The notes under the pieces are model-generated. The model ran no database searches. It saw only the letters and a program-made list of their open reading frames with translations, and was not told where the DNA came from. From Camelus ferus (lineage: Eukaryota): a stretch of 64,000 bases of DNA. The first letter of the stretch is position 1. Each line of letters begins with the position of its first letter. Positions 12,881 through 25,079 of this stretch are shown piece after piece. The position numbers and the translations under genes are program-made. The stretch spans positions 113,896,001 through 113,960,000 of the forward strand of contig NC_045697.1 in NCBI RefSeq assembly GCF_009834535.1, given 5' to 3'.

Positions 12881-13319
12881 AACTGTATTATTCATAGAAA
12901 AGGTCTATTATTCAAAAGGTCTATTCTACAGAGCCACCCAGTATGGGGTACTTCGCTGTAACAGCCCTAGAAAACAAATAATAGTGTTTAGCTAAGATGA
13001 TCTAAAAATGCATGTCAACAAACAGGCTTGAACAAGAACACTGCTATCAGCTATACTCATGACAGACCTCAGAGAGGAAACAATAAACAAAAGTCAAGAT
13101 GAGAAAAGAGGGAAAACAGCGATGTAATTTGCAATGTAATACGGCCCATCAATAAGAAATAATGCATTGCAGATACACCCATCAGCATGGGCTGGTCTCA
13201 GGAACGCTATGGTGAGGAAAAGAAACCAGACCAAAAAGGGTTAAATACTTTCTGAATCCTATTGTTATGAACTTCCAGATCAAGCCCAGGGGAATGTCTT
13301 GTGTAGAAGGTGATTCCCA

Positions 13320-13770
13320 GTCTTGAGTTGCTCTGCACCCCTACCTCCCTCCTCCCAGTTTTTTTTTTTTTTTTTTTTTTTCTTTCCTGCATCTCAGATT
13401 TTGTCTCCATTCTTTTCCTGACACTCCCATCATCCTGGCTTCTTCTGTTTCTCAAACTTGCTAAGCAGATACCATTCTCCCTACCTGGAACCCTTGCCCT
13501 TGAAAGATCACGTGGCTTTCTTTCTCACAACTTTTAGATCTCTTAGAAGTGTTTCATTCTCAAGAGGTCTTCCTCCTTTACCTGAAATGGTTCATTCTCA
13601 TCTGTCTTCTCCCTGACTTCTTTTAGCCACAGCATCCATCAGCGCCCATCACTGTGTGTGTGAGCACAGACGTGGCTGTGAGCTCCCTGAGAGGGAAAGC
13701 CTTTCTTCTTTTTTCTCTGCTGCTGCACGTTAAGTCCTTGATAATTATTTGAATGACTAAACAAATGAAT
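13320..13770 (+). mobile_element. LINE-2 3' fragment
   Basis: GTGAGCTCCCTGAGAGGGAAAG... and a terminal ATTATTTGAATGACTAAACAAATGAAT resembling the L2 tail. Confidence 0.55.
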
Positions 13771-14433
13771 CAGCTCAGTTGTTTATTACCTTCTAGAGAA
13801 GCAGAGGGGATATTTTTAGCTTTTATATTAATTCTCTTGCTGTAAGGCAATCAGTATTTATAGCTAACTATGGATTATGTTGTTTATTTAGAACCCACAG
13901 GTCTTAAGTAAAATGCAACAAATTACTTCATATTTTGTGTTTTTTTTTCTTTTTACTGGAAGTAGACCTTCTTGAAAGTAATTGCATAATTTAGCACATT
14001 AAAAAAACTTTCCAGAAAACATAAGCCACTAATAAATATAAAAATTAAGTATAGTTGAAATTTATTAAATGGAGGCCTGATAGTAAGTTCATTTTTAAAT
14101 TTTTACATGCTTATTTAATGTCCTATTCCAAGAAAAATTTTTCTTTTTTTTAAATCACAAACAAGAACAAGCAGGGAAAGACATACTAATTATGACCAAT
14201 TAACTTTCAATTTCTATTATTGTAAAATATTCTCTTGTAACTTTATAAAGAAAAATATTCATGGATTAAAAAATAGTAAAGGAAACACCACCTGTCTTAT
14301 TATAATTTAATATGTCTTTTATACCTTTAAAAATCATTGTATTGAACTTGCCTATGTGCTCCATATTTTAATAAATTATCATTTTCAAGAGAATAGTAAT
14401 GTCACAGAATTTAAATTGAAAAATTTATAATTA

Positions 14434-14515
14434 GAAAATTGTACTCTACACTGGAATTTGACACAACATTGTAAAATGACTATAACTCAATAAAAAATGT
14501 TAAAAAAATAAATAA
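14434..14515 (+). mobile_element. Extreme 3' tip of the young LINE-1 family (~80 bp)
   Basis: ACACTGGAATTTGACACAACATTGTAAAATGACTATAACTCAATAAAAAATGTTAAAAAAA is nearly identical to 32,165-32,225. Confidence 0.9.
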
Positions 14516-14691
14516 AGTAATAGTATTTCTCTCCCATTCTTGAAGTGTTATAATATGGCTAATAGAAAAACTGAATCAAAATGGTACAGTATGTAATATG
14601 ACAGCACAAAAAAGACAGAGAAAAGAATAATTTATTATTTACAGTACTTGCATTGCTTGATAAACTGTTACCAGGACACTATAACCTGATT

Positions 14692-14749
14692 AGAAGGAGA
14701 AGGGGGAGGGGAGGAGGGGCAGGGAAGTGGGAGGAGGGGGAGGAGGTGG
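14692..14749 (+). repeat. Polypurine G-rich tract (G-quadruplex/triplex-prone)
   Basis: AGGGGGAGGGGAGGAGGGGCAGGGAAGTGGGAGGAGGGGG has six runs of at least 3 G. Confidence 0.7.
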
Positions 14750-15789
14750 CCATTCAGCAAAGAGTGAAGAGTGATGAAATTTAAAGCATCCCAGTATTTC
14801 AGGAGAATATGTTCTCTTTTATCAGTTCAAACTTTAGCTGTGCCAATTTATGCAAGGATAGAGTCTAGATGCTTCTCACTTCCCGACTGTATAGAGGAAA
14901 CAGAGAAAAAAAATTGCATATATATATGCACATACACCTATTTCCAGGCACACACTCAGATTTGGAAAAAAATGTAAAAATTACATTTTCCCTCTAACTT
15001 TATGAGTCAAGAGATATTGCAGAGTTATTACTGATTTGTGTCTAAATTCATTTAGCTCAACTTTACCACCATACAAAATAAAAATGATTTATGGATTTAA
15101 CCTAGCCTATCAGTTATAACAATGTGATTTATCAGTGATAATTGTCTTTGTCATTTGTTAAAGCAGAAGTAATTAAGTGCCTGGAGTATGAACCCAGATC
15201 TCAAGTCCACACTGTGTGAACTTGGACAAACTGAACAGATTCTCTGACCTCAGCTTCCATACCTGTATTGATGGGACAGATGAGCACCCAGAGAAACAGC
15301 ACTAACCACGTCTTAGGTCTTTGTAGGGTTAAATGCACACACTTACCATTTCATAATAATACTGCATTATTATTGTCCTTTTTTTCTTTTATCTGACTGA
15401 AGGAAAAATGTTATCTCCTTAGCTTAGCACCGTGTTTGAAACAGGGAACATGTTTGTTAAACAGATGTTTAATCAATGATTTGTCAGCTTTTCTGAATGT
15501 ATTATTTCTCACCACACAGAAAATGTCAAAAGTTGGTTTCTGAATATTAGATATTAAAATGATCACACTAGCCCTCGGGAAATTTTTAATTAACATAAAA
15601 CCAATGTTTGAATGTAAAGTCTGACCTTTCTACTCGGTACCACTCCCATGCATCAAGCTTGTTTGTGGGTGTGATTCCGACATCCACACCCATGCACATC
15701 TAGGCTGACACCGTTCCTCTTGAAGTAAACAGAAAGTCAAAACAGGGATATTCCAACATCAGCAAAATGCAGACAAAGGTCATTTGTCT

Positions 15790-16340
15790 TCAGAATAGAG
15801 ACCCGAGAAATAAACCCACACTTACCTGGTCAATTAATCTATGACTAAGGAATGAACAAGATACAATGGGGAAAAGACAGCTTCTTCCATCAATGGTGCC
15901 GTGAAAACTGGATGTGCACATATGAAAGAATGTAACTGAACTGCTTTCTCATGCCATATACAAAAATAAACTCAGAATGGGTTACTTCAGTGGAAGGCTT
16001 GAAACCATAAACTTCCCAGAAGAAAGCACATGCTGCGTGCTCTGTGTCACGTGTCTTAGCAGTATTTTTTTTTTTTTTTTTTTGGGATCTGTCTCAGGCA
16101 AGAGAATCAAAAGCAAAATAATAAACAAAAAAGAATATAAGAAAGTTAAAAAAGCACCTTACACAGTGAAGGAAACTATCTATACAATGAAAAGGCCCTC
16201 TAATGAATGAAAGAAGATATTTGTAAATGAAATGTCTGATAAAGGTTAATATCCAAAATATATAAAGAACTAGAACTCAACAGCAAAAATACAAACAACC
16301 CTGATTAAAAAAATGGGTAGAAGACTTGAAATAGACACAC
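15790..16340 (+). mobile_element. Internal LINE-1 ORF2 fragment
   Basis: AGAATAGAGACCCGAGAAATAAACCCACAC...GAAAACTGGAT...TAATATCCAAAATATATAAAGAACT aligns with ~30,805-31,320. Confidence 0.85.
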
Positions 16341-18669
16341 ACATACTTCCTTTCTAAGGAAGAATGGCCGTATTATTTGAAATTCCAAGCAAGTCAAGCC
16401 AGGTGACCTTTGAGCTCCACGTCAGTTTAATTACTTTTTATACTTGCTTTAATAGTGAGCTTTAACATTTTCACAAATGAAACTGTCCTGTGTGACCTTG
16501 CTCCCTAGCTATGCAGGTAGAAGTTAGATGACCATGAGAGGAGGTGTGGTAGCGAGATTTCCCCTTCAAAGGGTCTCTAAGGTACAGGCAGCCGCTAGGA
16601 TGCTGCAGGTCCAGGAGACTAAAAAAGTGTTAACATTAAACCTCATCTTTATATTTTGCCCAGAAAGTATGTTATTCCACATGCAGTTATCATAATCAAT
16701 GTACATTTGATTAAGAAATTATATGTTAAACTTTAATCATTCTTAGCCTGGAAATATGCAAGTGGAGAATTCGCATAGAGAATTTCAACGAATAAATTTC
16801 CAGATAATGAGTCTTTCCATTACACAAATTCAGATTTTTGTGCTAGATTTGACCCTTACTGTAGTTTCGAGAATACAGTTTGACCCAAAGGATATTAGAT
16901 ATTTTTAATAATATAACAAGGAACTGATCGATATTTAAAGCACCAATGATTTGGAATTTGTGATATGAAGAGAGGGGTGGATTAACATTTCTTTGTCATT
17001 AAGAGAAGGTTCTAAAGAAATAAATAGTATTTAAAAATGGCTGGATATAGCATTTAAATGTTTCAACTGTACACTATTAAGAGCATTTCAATATCTTAAA
17101 ATATCAATCTCAGAAATAGCAAAAAAAAAAAAAACAACAGACGTATCTTCATATACAGTACAGTAGATTTGACCCGGAATTTATAACAGATTACAATTTT
17201 CCCTAGTGAAGCAAGCACAGTTTTTTAATGGGTTCTAATGGTTGACACAGTTTATAAATAATACATGTAAAATTTACCTATTTATAATTTTGCATGAATA
17301 TTTGAGGGAGAATCTCCATCATGAAATGAATAATCGTAAATCTTACTAAATTAAAATATTATTTTATAGTTTACTAATGATAAAAATAAAATATACTTAA
17401 AATAATAAACAAAATAACAAAATGCATAAAATTCTCTTTTCTCCAAAAATACAGAATTGTAAGATCATTATGAATTAAAGCTGCACTAATATGGACATAA
17501 TGAGATAAAAAATTAAAATAGAAAAATAAGATACTAGAAGTAAATTTTATTCTAGTATATCAATTGTCTAAGGAAACAGGAAAAGATGAAAAAATGCCAT
17601 TACTATCAAATTTACCTTGATAAATTGAAATGCAGGAAACAGAATTTTACTAATTTGATTTTAGCCTGTGGAGAATTATGTCTGAATATAAACCAGATTC
17701 ATAACATACTGATAATATAATTGAAATTTGATCAACTGTATTACATGGAGACTAATTTCAATTAATTTATCTATAAAATAATAAATTGATTATAAGAAAA
17801 GTAGCAGAATATCTTTCTAACACATGTCAAAGATATTCCTGTAGGCAAGGGTGTTTTTTCTTCTTCCTAATCAAGATATAATTTAATATGTCTGTAATTG
17901 TTTGATGAAGGGGATATCAAATGCTATATCTCATTACAAGATAAGTCTTCAAGAAAGCCAAGTTGTAAATTCTTAAGAAAAATATGATGATATAAGTAAA
18001 TTTAAATTAAAATTCACATTTTAACCTTGTACATGCAACACTGTTAGAAATAGTATTATGTGTGTGCATATTCTAAAGATAAAGGACAACAAAATATACC
18101 CCAATTATATGTACACCCACCCAAAATAATCGTTTTATTGATCGCATTTTAGATTTACCAAACTTAAAGGGCACAAGTAAATAGTGAAAATTTCTACAGA
18201 GACTTATCCAAACAATCTTAAACACCATTCTAATGAATTATTGCTTAATAGTGTCAACAGAATAAGACTACCTACATGGCATTGATTACTAGTGTTCCGT
18301 GCTGAGAGTGGGTATTCCATATTTTTTTCATGAAATTTATTGGGTAAGACAGATAATAACATTACTTGAGTGCCTGATATATTCCATGTATTTTTATATT
18401 ATTTTATTTTATTGTCACAGAAGCTGAGAGCTAACCACCATCCACTTTTTATTTCTATGAAAACAGAGATAAGTTGTCAGTAAGTTAGTTTGTCTTAAGA
18501 GGTTGTAGAAATTTTCAATAGAATAATAGACTGGGGAGAATTGTCAGGGAGAATGACCACACTCTCCATCCAGCCAGGATAAGCCTGGTTTACCTGTGTT
18601 GCCTGAGGGTGACAATTAATCACGGCTCTTTTACTCTCACCAGCCTTCCAGTTTGATGAAAAATTATAC

Positions 18670-19020
18670 GGTGACTGGAGCAATGGGCAACCATGACAGG
18701 CTTTTTAGTGGGATAATGGCATGATGTGGGCAATGCTTTAGGAAGATTAATTTGAAAGAAATGTGTCGAAAAGGATGAAGATAAGAAAGACCTGTAGCAG
18801 AGAAACCAATTAGGATGTCTATTTCAGTCATCTCAGGAAATGTACTAAAAATCTGAACTAGGTCTGAGACAACGCAAAGAAAAATAGAATATGTATATTG
18901 CAAGCTGAATGAAGCAATGTTACAGATATAAACTAAATAGGATTTGGTACTTAATATGAGAAAGAGTGAGGAATTAACCGTGGTCACATGGTTTGCATCC
19001 AGCGTGACTGGGAACCTGAC
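18670..19020 (-). mobile_element. LINE-2 fragment
   Basis: GCAATGGGCAACCATGACAGGCTTTTAG...GTAGCAGAGAAACCAATTAGGA resembles antisense L2, from memory. Confidence 0.5.
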
Positions 19021-20669
19021 CCCCAAACATGTGAAAAACATCCTGATTGTGTTCTTGGCCGGGAAACACTTTTTTTTTTTTCTCCTGAAAAAGCTGCTTC
19101 AATTATTATGGATTCTCTGACAATGTTTTCCTGTAAATTATAACACTTCAAATACTAAGATGCAAATTTATATTTGATGGCAGAATTCCTAGCTATGTAG
19201 GTCACTCTTACATGTACGGTTGATTTTACAAACTATAAACGTAGAAAATCATGTATTCCAATATTTTCACAACTGATTTTTCTTCCCTCTTTGTCTGTTA
19301 TCCTGCCTAACAAGCTCCTTATCCTTCATCACAAACAGTAATTTTAAAAAGTTGTCATGGTTTCTGTCATATTTTCCCACACAATGAACACTATTTATAA
19401 TAGAGCTTAGAAGCCCTAGGTTACTATAATCAAGTCCTCAAAGTGAATGATGGTCATATTCCTTATATTTCATGGAAAACTCAAGAAAACCATACTAACA
19501 GGTAAATAGTACTAAAATGCCAGGTTTACCAATAAACGATGTTTAAGGTAACTCAGAATAGACATATTCCTCTGAGTAAAAAACTTAATTTTAACAGGAA
19601 AGCTGATCCCTGAAGAAATTCATGCCTGATTAGAGGGTAACAAGGAGGTAGGTCAATGGAAATTTAGGGGGGCTGTGAAGTGAAATGAGGCCTCTTTAAT
19701 GGAATCAGAGGATTGGATTTTTTTTTTATTTGGAATTTCTCAATAAATGTCTTTACTTTGGGCTTGAATGCACCTATTACTAGCTCTATATTTATAATTG
19801 TGAAAAGAATTTTCCCCTCATATTTTAAATTTGGTCTTTTCCTTCTTTAAGTATAAATGCATCTGATACATGTGGTAAATGCAGTATCTAGCCTCTGAGA
19901 AACAAATTCAGTGGTTGTATTTTTCTTGTTACCATTTTGTTGAGCACAAAATGCTTTACATAATAATACAGACAAGCCAATGAGTATGGAGATCAACATA
20001 TACCCTTGAAACAAGACCCACAATGGATGGCATCATTTCTATCCCCTCCAAAAATCTCCTCCCACTCTCTCTCCTTATTTGGTTGTTTATTTCTGATAAG
20101 AAAATTTCACATAAGATCTTCCACCATCTGAGCAAATTGTAAACTCTATAGTTCAGTTCAGTTCTATTAACTATATCTCGTGCCGTTGAGATATCTAGAG
20201 CTCTTTGTCGAATATAAGTGAAACTTTATAGTCTCAGCCTTTTAATTTTAAATGATAAATGGGATGAAAAGTGATAGAAATCATAAAGACAGTAGATGTT
20301 TTCTTGTGTTATCTGAGCAGGTGGTGAAGGGAGATGGAGGATAATTAAAAAGAATATCCGTGTCTCTGGGAAAGCACGTGTCTACAGTGAACCTAAGTGA
20401 GGTGTAAGCAAGAAAAATCCTTTAAATATTCTGAGGAAATTCTAGGTACAAGAAAAAAGACAAATTATAGGAAGAAACATCTCATTTTTGATGTCAGGCA
20501 GCACCATTATTTTAGAGTTAAACAGTGTGGCTATAAATGGAACGACTTGCTGGCAGATAAAATGAGTGGAGTGAGTTAGTATCCAAAGGTGTGATTTCAG
20601 CATTTGTAAGCTAAGGTTTACGCGTCTAGTCCATCAGGGGGGAAAAATAATGACACCACCACTATTATT

Positions 20670-20840
20670 ATAACGACAGTTATTAGTTCAATCATTTGCC
20701 ACGTAATGCATTAGGCAATGTACACATCACCGCACAATGTTCCTGTATCATAGTAACATTAAGAGATAGCATCAACTTTTTTCATTTTACAGATGAGAAA
20801 ATTGAACCTGAGATTAAACACCTTTCTCAAGTTCCCTCTG
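20670..20840 (-). mobile_element. MIR SINE
   Basis: Core motif CATTTTACAGATGAGAAAATTGAACCTGAGATTAA. Confidence 0.65.
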
Positions 20841-21514
20841 CTCACGGAAATTTGGAGGCTCTAGCCTGTGGCTTCGGACAAACAAGATTATACCCGGAAG
20901 GTGCGTTACAATCTGAACCCACATATTCTCTAAACTGATTAAATAGTTTAGACTTGAACTCCAGGGAATTTCTAAAACAATAACAGCTGAATATTTCATA
21001 GATAGACAGCTTGGTTACAGTTTGAAAGTCCTGCACTGGCAAATTGATAGCCAGTCTTTTATTTCCATGTCATCTCTGAATAATTCAAATTGTTTCTCAG
21101 CCATCTATTGCAGTTGTGTATGTATATAACTGAATTATAATGAAAACGTGTGTCTTTTGATTGTAATAGACTGATACTTTTGGATTGAATTTTAACTTTC
21201 AGGTTGAAGAAATATTTTCTCACTATATTTGTGTGAAAATATTTAAATTACAGGCAGGTGCTGTTTTGCAACTTAACAATGAATGTTACTTGCCAGTTCT
21301 CTCCTCTCTTTTCTGCTTATTATGCACTAATATTATTAATATAATGATTAATATTTTCTGTGGAAATCTTTAAAAAAGAAATGATATTACCTAGATCTAA
21401 AAAGTTTTCAAAACTAGTACATTGTAACAAAAATCATTTAACTTTAACTAATATTCTCGCGTAGAAATTTAGCAGGGAGTGAATAAATGAAACATACTTT
21501 AAAAGCTGCTGAGT

Positions 21515-22170
21515 GTGTGGTGACTCCTTTACCTTTGCCCCTCCAGATGAATCTCTCCCGCACCCTCCCACCCCATCGTTCTATGCCTCCAGAGGCTGAA
21601 ACATTGGTGGATGACATCAATGCTTCCCAGCTGAGTTTCAGTCAATGGGTGGCATCAAAAGAATACCTGGAAATGGGAAGGCGCAAAGCAAGATCAATGT
21701 ATTTATTCTCCTATTTCCAGCTGGAGGGGCTTTCTTGACCAACTGCATGTCTCTAAGTAAAGCCTCATCTTTTATAGTGAAGGCATCTCCCTGTAGTCTC
21801 TCTTTTTGTGCGCAGGACCGGATACCTGTTCCCCATCTTCCCTGCCCCATCAGACCCAACAGACCCATCAGACCCATCAGACCCATGAGTGTTTGTGACA
21901 GATTGAGGATGCAGGTGGCACTACGCCTCCTGCTGTTCCTACACGATTGTTTTCCTTGCTAGGGCTGCCACCACAAAGTCCCAAAGCCTGGGTGACTTAA
22001 ACAACAAAAATACATTGTCTTCTGAAAGTTAAGACTCAACATATCTTTTTTTTTTCTGAGGATGTAATTTGATCCATAGCTCTGTTCTCTCAACATTATA
22101 AGCAACCCTTTTATTAAACTCTCTTCATACTAATTTTCAGAGTCCTACCTGACTCCCTGACTGACAGAGC
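21515..22170. mobile_element. Old ERVL LTR (LTR33/LTR16-like) with a nested, internally deleted MaLR (MLT1) LTR at ~21,945-22,080
   Basis: MLT1-like TAGGGCTGCCACCACAAAGTCCCAAAGCCTGGGTGACTTAAACAACA. Flanking LTR-like TCAGTCAATGGGTGGCATC and CCCTTTTATTAAACTCTC. Family names from memory. Confidence 0.5.
21846..21889. repeat. 9-bp tandem repeat (CCCATCAGA) x ~4.9
   Basis: CCCATCAGA CCCAACAGA CCCATCAGA CCCATCAGA CCCATGAG read directly. Confidence 0.95.
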
Positions 22171-24153
22171 TCTTATTGGAGGAAAATTAACAGCTGCTTT
22201 CAAATGTATGATATCTGAAGTACACTGAAAATAACATAATAAGTATTTGTGTTAAGATACAGGGATGTCAAATTTTGCTTCCTCTGTACAAATGCATGTT
22301 GAGGACACAGAATGCGATTTTAGTTACAAACATCCAAGTACATGTATCCAAGTTATAAATCTCCAAAGTTGATTCCCTTTGGTTTAAAATCAAATTGCTC
22401 TAGCAAATTTCATGAATTTCCATTAAAAAATTTGTGAAATTTTGAAGTAGACAAAAATGTGTTTTAACTATGCTTCTATAAATTCTTGTAAGTCTTAAAT
22501 ATATTGATACTACATAATTTTTTTTGGTTATTTTTTGCCTAACCCTAATCTCTTGGACTCATGTGAGGCATCTCTGTAATACAATTCTTACCACCTTCCC
22601 CATCAAATGTTATTGAGCTATTTATTGTAAAACACTGAAGAGAATTGATCAATTAGCAAATACTAAATAATTGCTTACTTTTGTATAGTACAATACTAGA
22701 CTATAAGTACTACTGGCAGCACTATTAAAAAGTCAAACAAATATGAAATGATGGTGATGCCGAGAGTGAAGCAGGAATATAATACTTCTCACAGGCTGAG
22801 AAATTGTTCCAGTTCAATTAGTAACAGGGTCATTTAATCACGAAGTGGAAGTGACGAGGACACTGATGGAAATACATGTGGGGTAGAAATGGAAGTGGGA
22901 GAAATAAAAGAAAATGAAAGTAAACAAACTGGTTCACTAAATGCTTATTCTTTCCCATTTTTCTTTTTAAGTAATAAGGTTTCTTGGGGATTATATATAT
23001 GAAATATAATATGTATAATAAATTATTCTTCCAAGATAACCCATATCTTAAAAATAAATGTTTTACTGCATTGTAAGAGTACATTTGGGAAAATAAAAAG
23101 AGAAAAAAGAGGAAAAGAGTAGTTGGTTTTAGGTTCTGTTTTGCCAAGATCCTTGATGTTACTCATCTGTATCTGGAATTGGGACAAGAGGAAGGTTATA
23201 TGGATCCTAAATATTTATAGTAATTGTAGGAATGTCCTAATTCTTAGAGGATGCCAGTCATCATCCTGACATTTCCTCAGCATGTCTGTTTAGAGGTCAT
23301 GCTTCTGGGAGGCAGGAAGGTGAGCAAGTGTGAAAGCAGAGGGGAAAGGATCCAGATAACAAGGCTGCAAAAGAGGGAAGATGCCATGAGGGTCGAGAGT
23401 TCATGGAAGTCATGATTGGATCAGGAGACAGAGAGAAAGCTACAGTCTTACAGAGAAAGAAAAATGTCGCTTTAAAGTTATGAATAAAATAGAAGAGGGA
23501 AGACATGGAAATAGGAAAACTGGAGAATTAGAGAATTTGTACAGTAGCTTAAGAAAAATTCAACGTAGAAGATGAATTTCAGTGGAGGATGTGTAAAGTG
23601 AGGGAAATGCTGCTGAATCTGGGAAGCATGACTTTCTATGTCCCAAAATTCAAATCAGGAATTTCCTTGATCTTGTAATCAAGGTTGGCTGTATTCTACA
23701 CCATAGAAAGGGAGCATAATAGGCGAGAGAGCATGTATTCGTTTAGGCAATAATCAGTAATCATAGAGTTGACCATAAACCAAGCAATAAATCTGGATCT
23801 TAGTGGATACCATCTGTGGTCAGCTGTGTCCTTCCTTTCTGTTGTCCTTAAGTCTTTATGTACAGACCCACTGGTATCTTATATCTGCTAGCATTTATTT
23901 AGGAATCCATCTTCAAGAAGGCAGAGAATACCCCAAAGACATCAGTCTCCTCCATTCATGAGGTTAAAAGTTACTTGTGATCTTCAAGTCTATATGCTGC
24001 TGATCCATTACTAGTAAGTGTATACGTACTATTTAAAATAGGCAATGGAAAATCTCTGATACAGTAGAAGTACCTATAAACTTTTGGCATCACATCAATC
24101 TTTTTAAATTTTTAAAAAATTATTTATTTTTTACATGAAGCCACATCAGTCTT

Positions 24154-24823
24154 TTTTTTTAATTGATTGATGTATAGTCAGTTTACAATGTGTCAATTTC
24201 TGGTGTACAGCATAATGTTTCAGTCATACATATACATACATATATTCGTTTTCATATTCTTTTTCATTATAGGCAACTACAAGATTATGAGTATAATTCC
24301 TTGTACTATACAGAAGAAACTTGTTTATCTATTTTATATATAGTGGTTAATATTTGCAAATCTCAAACTCCCAATTTATTGCTTCCCACCTCATTTCCCC
24401 TGGTAACCATAAGATTGTTTACTATGTCTTTAAGTCCCTTTATGTTTTGTAGATAAGTTTATTGGTGTTTTCTTTTTTCTTTTTCTTTTTTTTTGATTCT
24501 ACATATGGGTGATATCGTATGGTATTTTTCTTTTCTTTCTGGCTCACTTCACTTAGAATGATGATCTCTAGGTCCATCCATGCTGCTGTAAAAGGTATTA
24601 TTTTTATTCTTTTTTATGGCAGAATAGTATTCAATTGTATAAATATACCACAGATTCTTTATCCTGTCATGTTGATGGAACTTTAGCTCATTTCCATGTC
24701 TTGGCTATCAGATAGTGCTGCTGTGAGCATTGGAGTGCATGTATCTTTTCAAATTAGAGTTCCTTCTGGATATATGGCCAGGAGTGAGATTGCTGGGTCA
24801 TATGGTAAGTCTGTTTTTAGTTT
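24154..24823 (-). mobile_element. 5'-truncated LINE-1 (~670 bp) with TSD
   Basis: T-tail, then antisense 3' UTR and ORF2 end (minus ORF ends LKTDLPYDPAISLLAIYPEGTLI). TSD CACATCAGTCTT (24,142-24,153) / CACATCAACCTT (24,824-24,835). Confidence 0.9.
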
Positions 24824-25079
24824 CACATCAACCTTAAGGTATCCTGCCCCTATCCTCACCCATGGAAACAAAACAAAATAAAAACTAATACATTGATCCA
24901 GTTTATAAACCTCAACTTTTGCCTTAGAGACAAGACTTGCATCAGCATGGAGAGTGGAAGAAATCATGATTGTTAGATTAAGGCAGAATTCGATGTGAAT
25001 CCTACTTTTAACCCTTTCTAGATACTATACTTTAAAATAACAGTTTTCTAATCTGAGATAGGGATAAATTTGAGGATGA

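Noticed and set aside
21638..21962. ORFs with repeated PIR/MGL tripeptides
   Set aside because: Produced by a 9-bp tandem repeat inside an old LTR.
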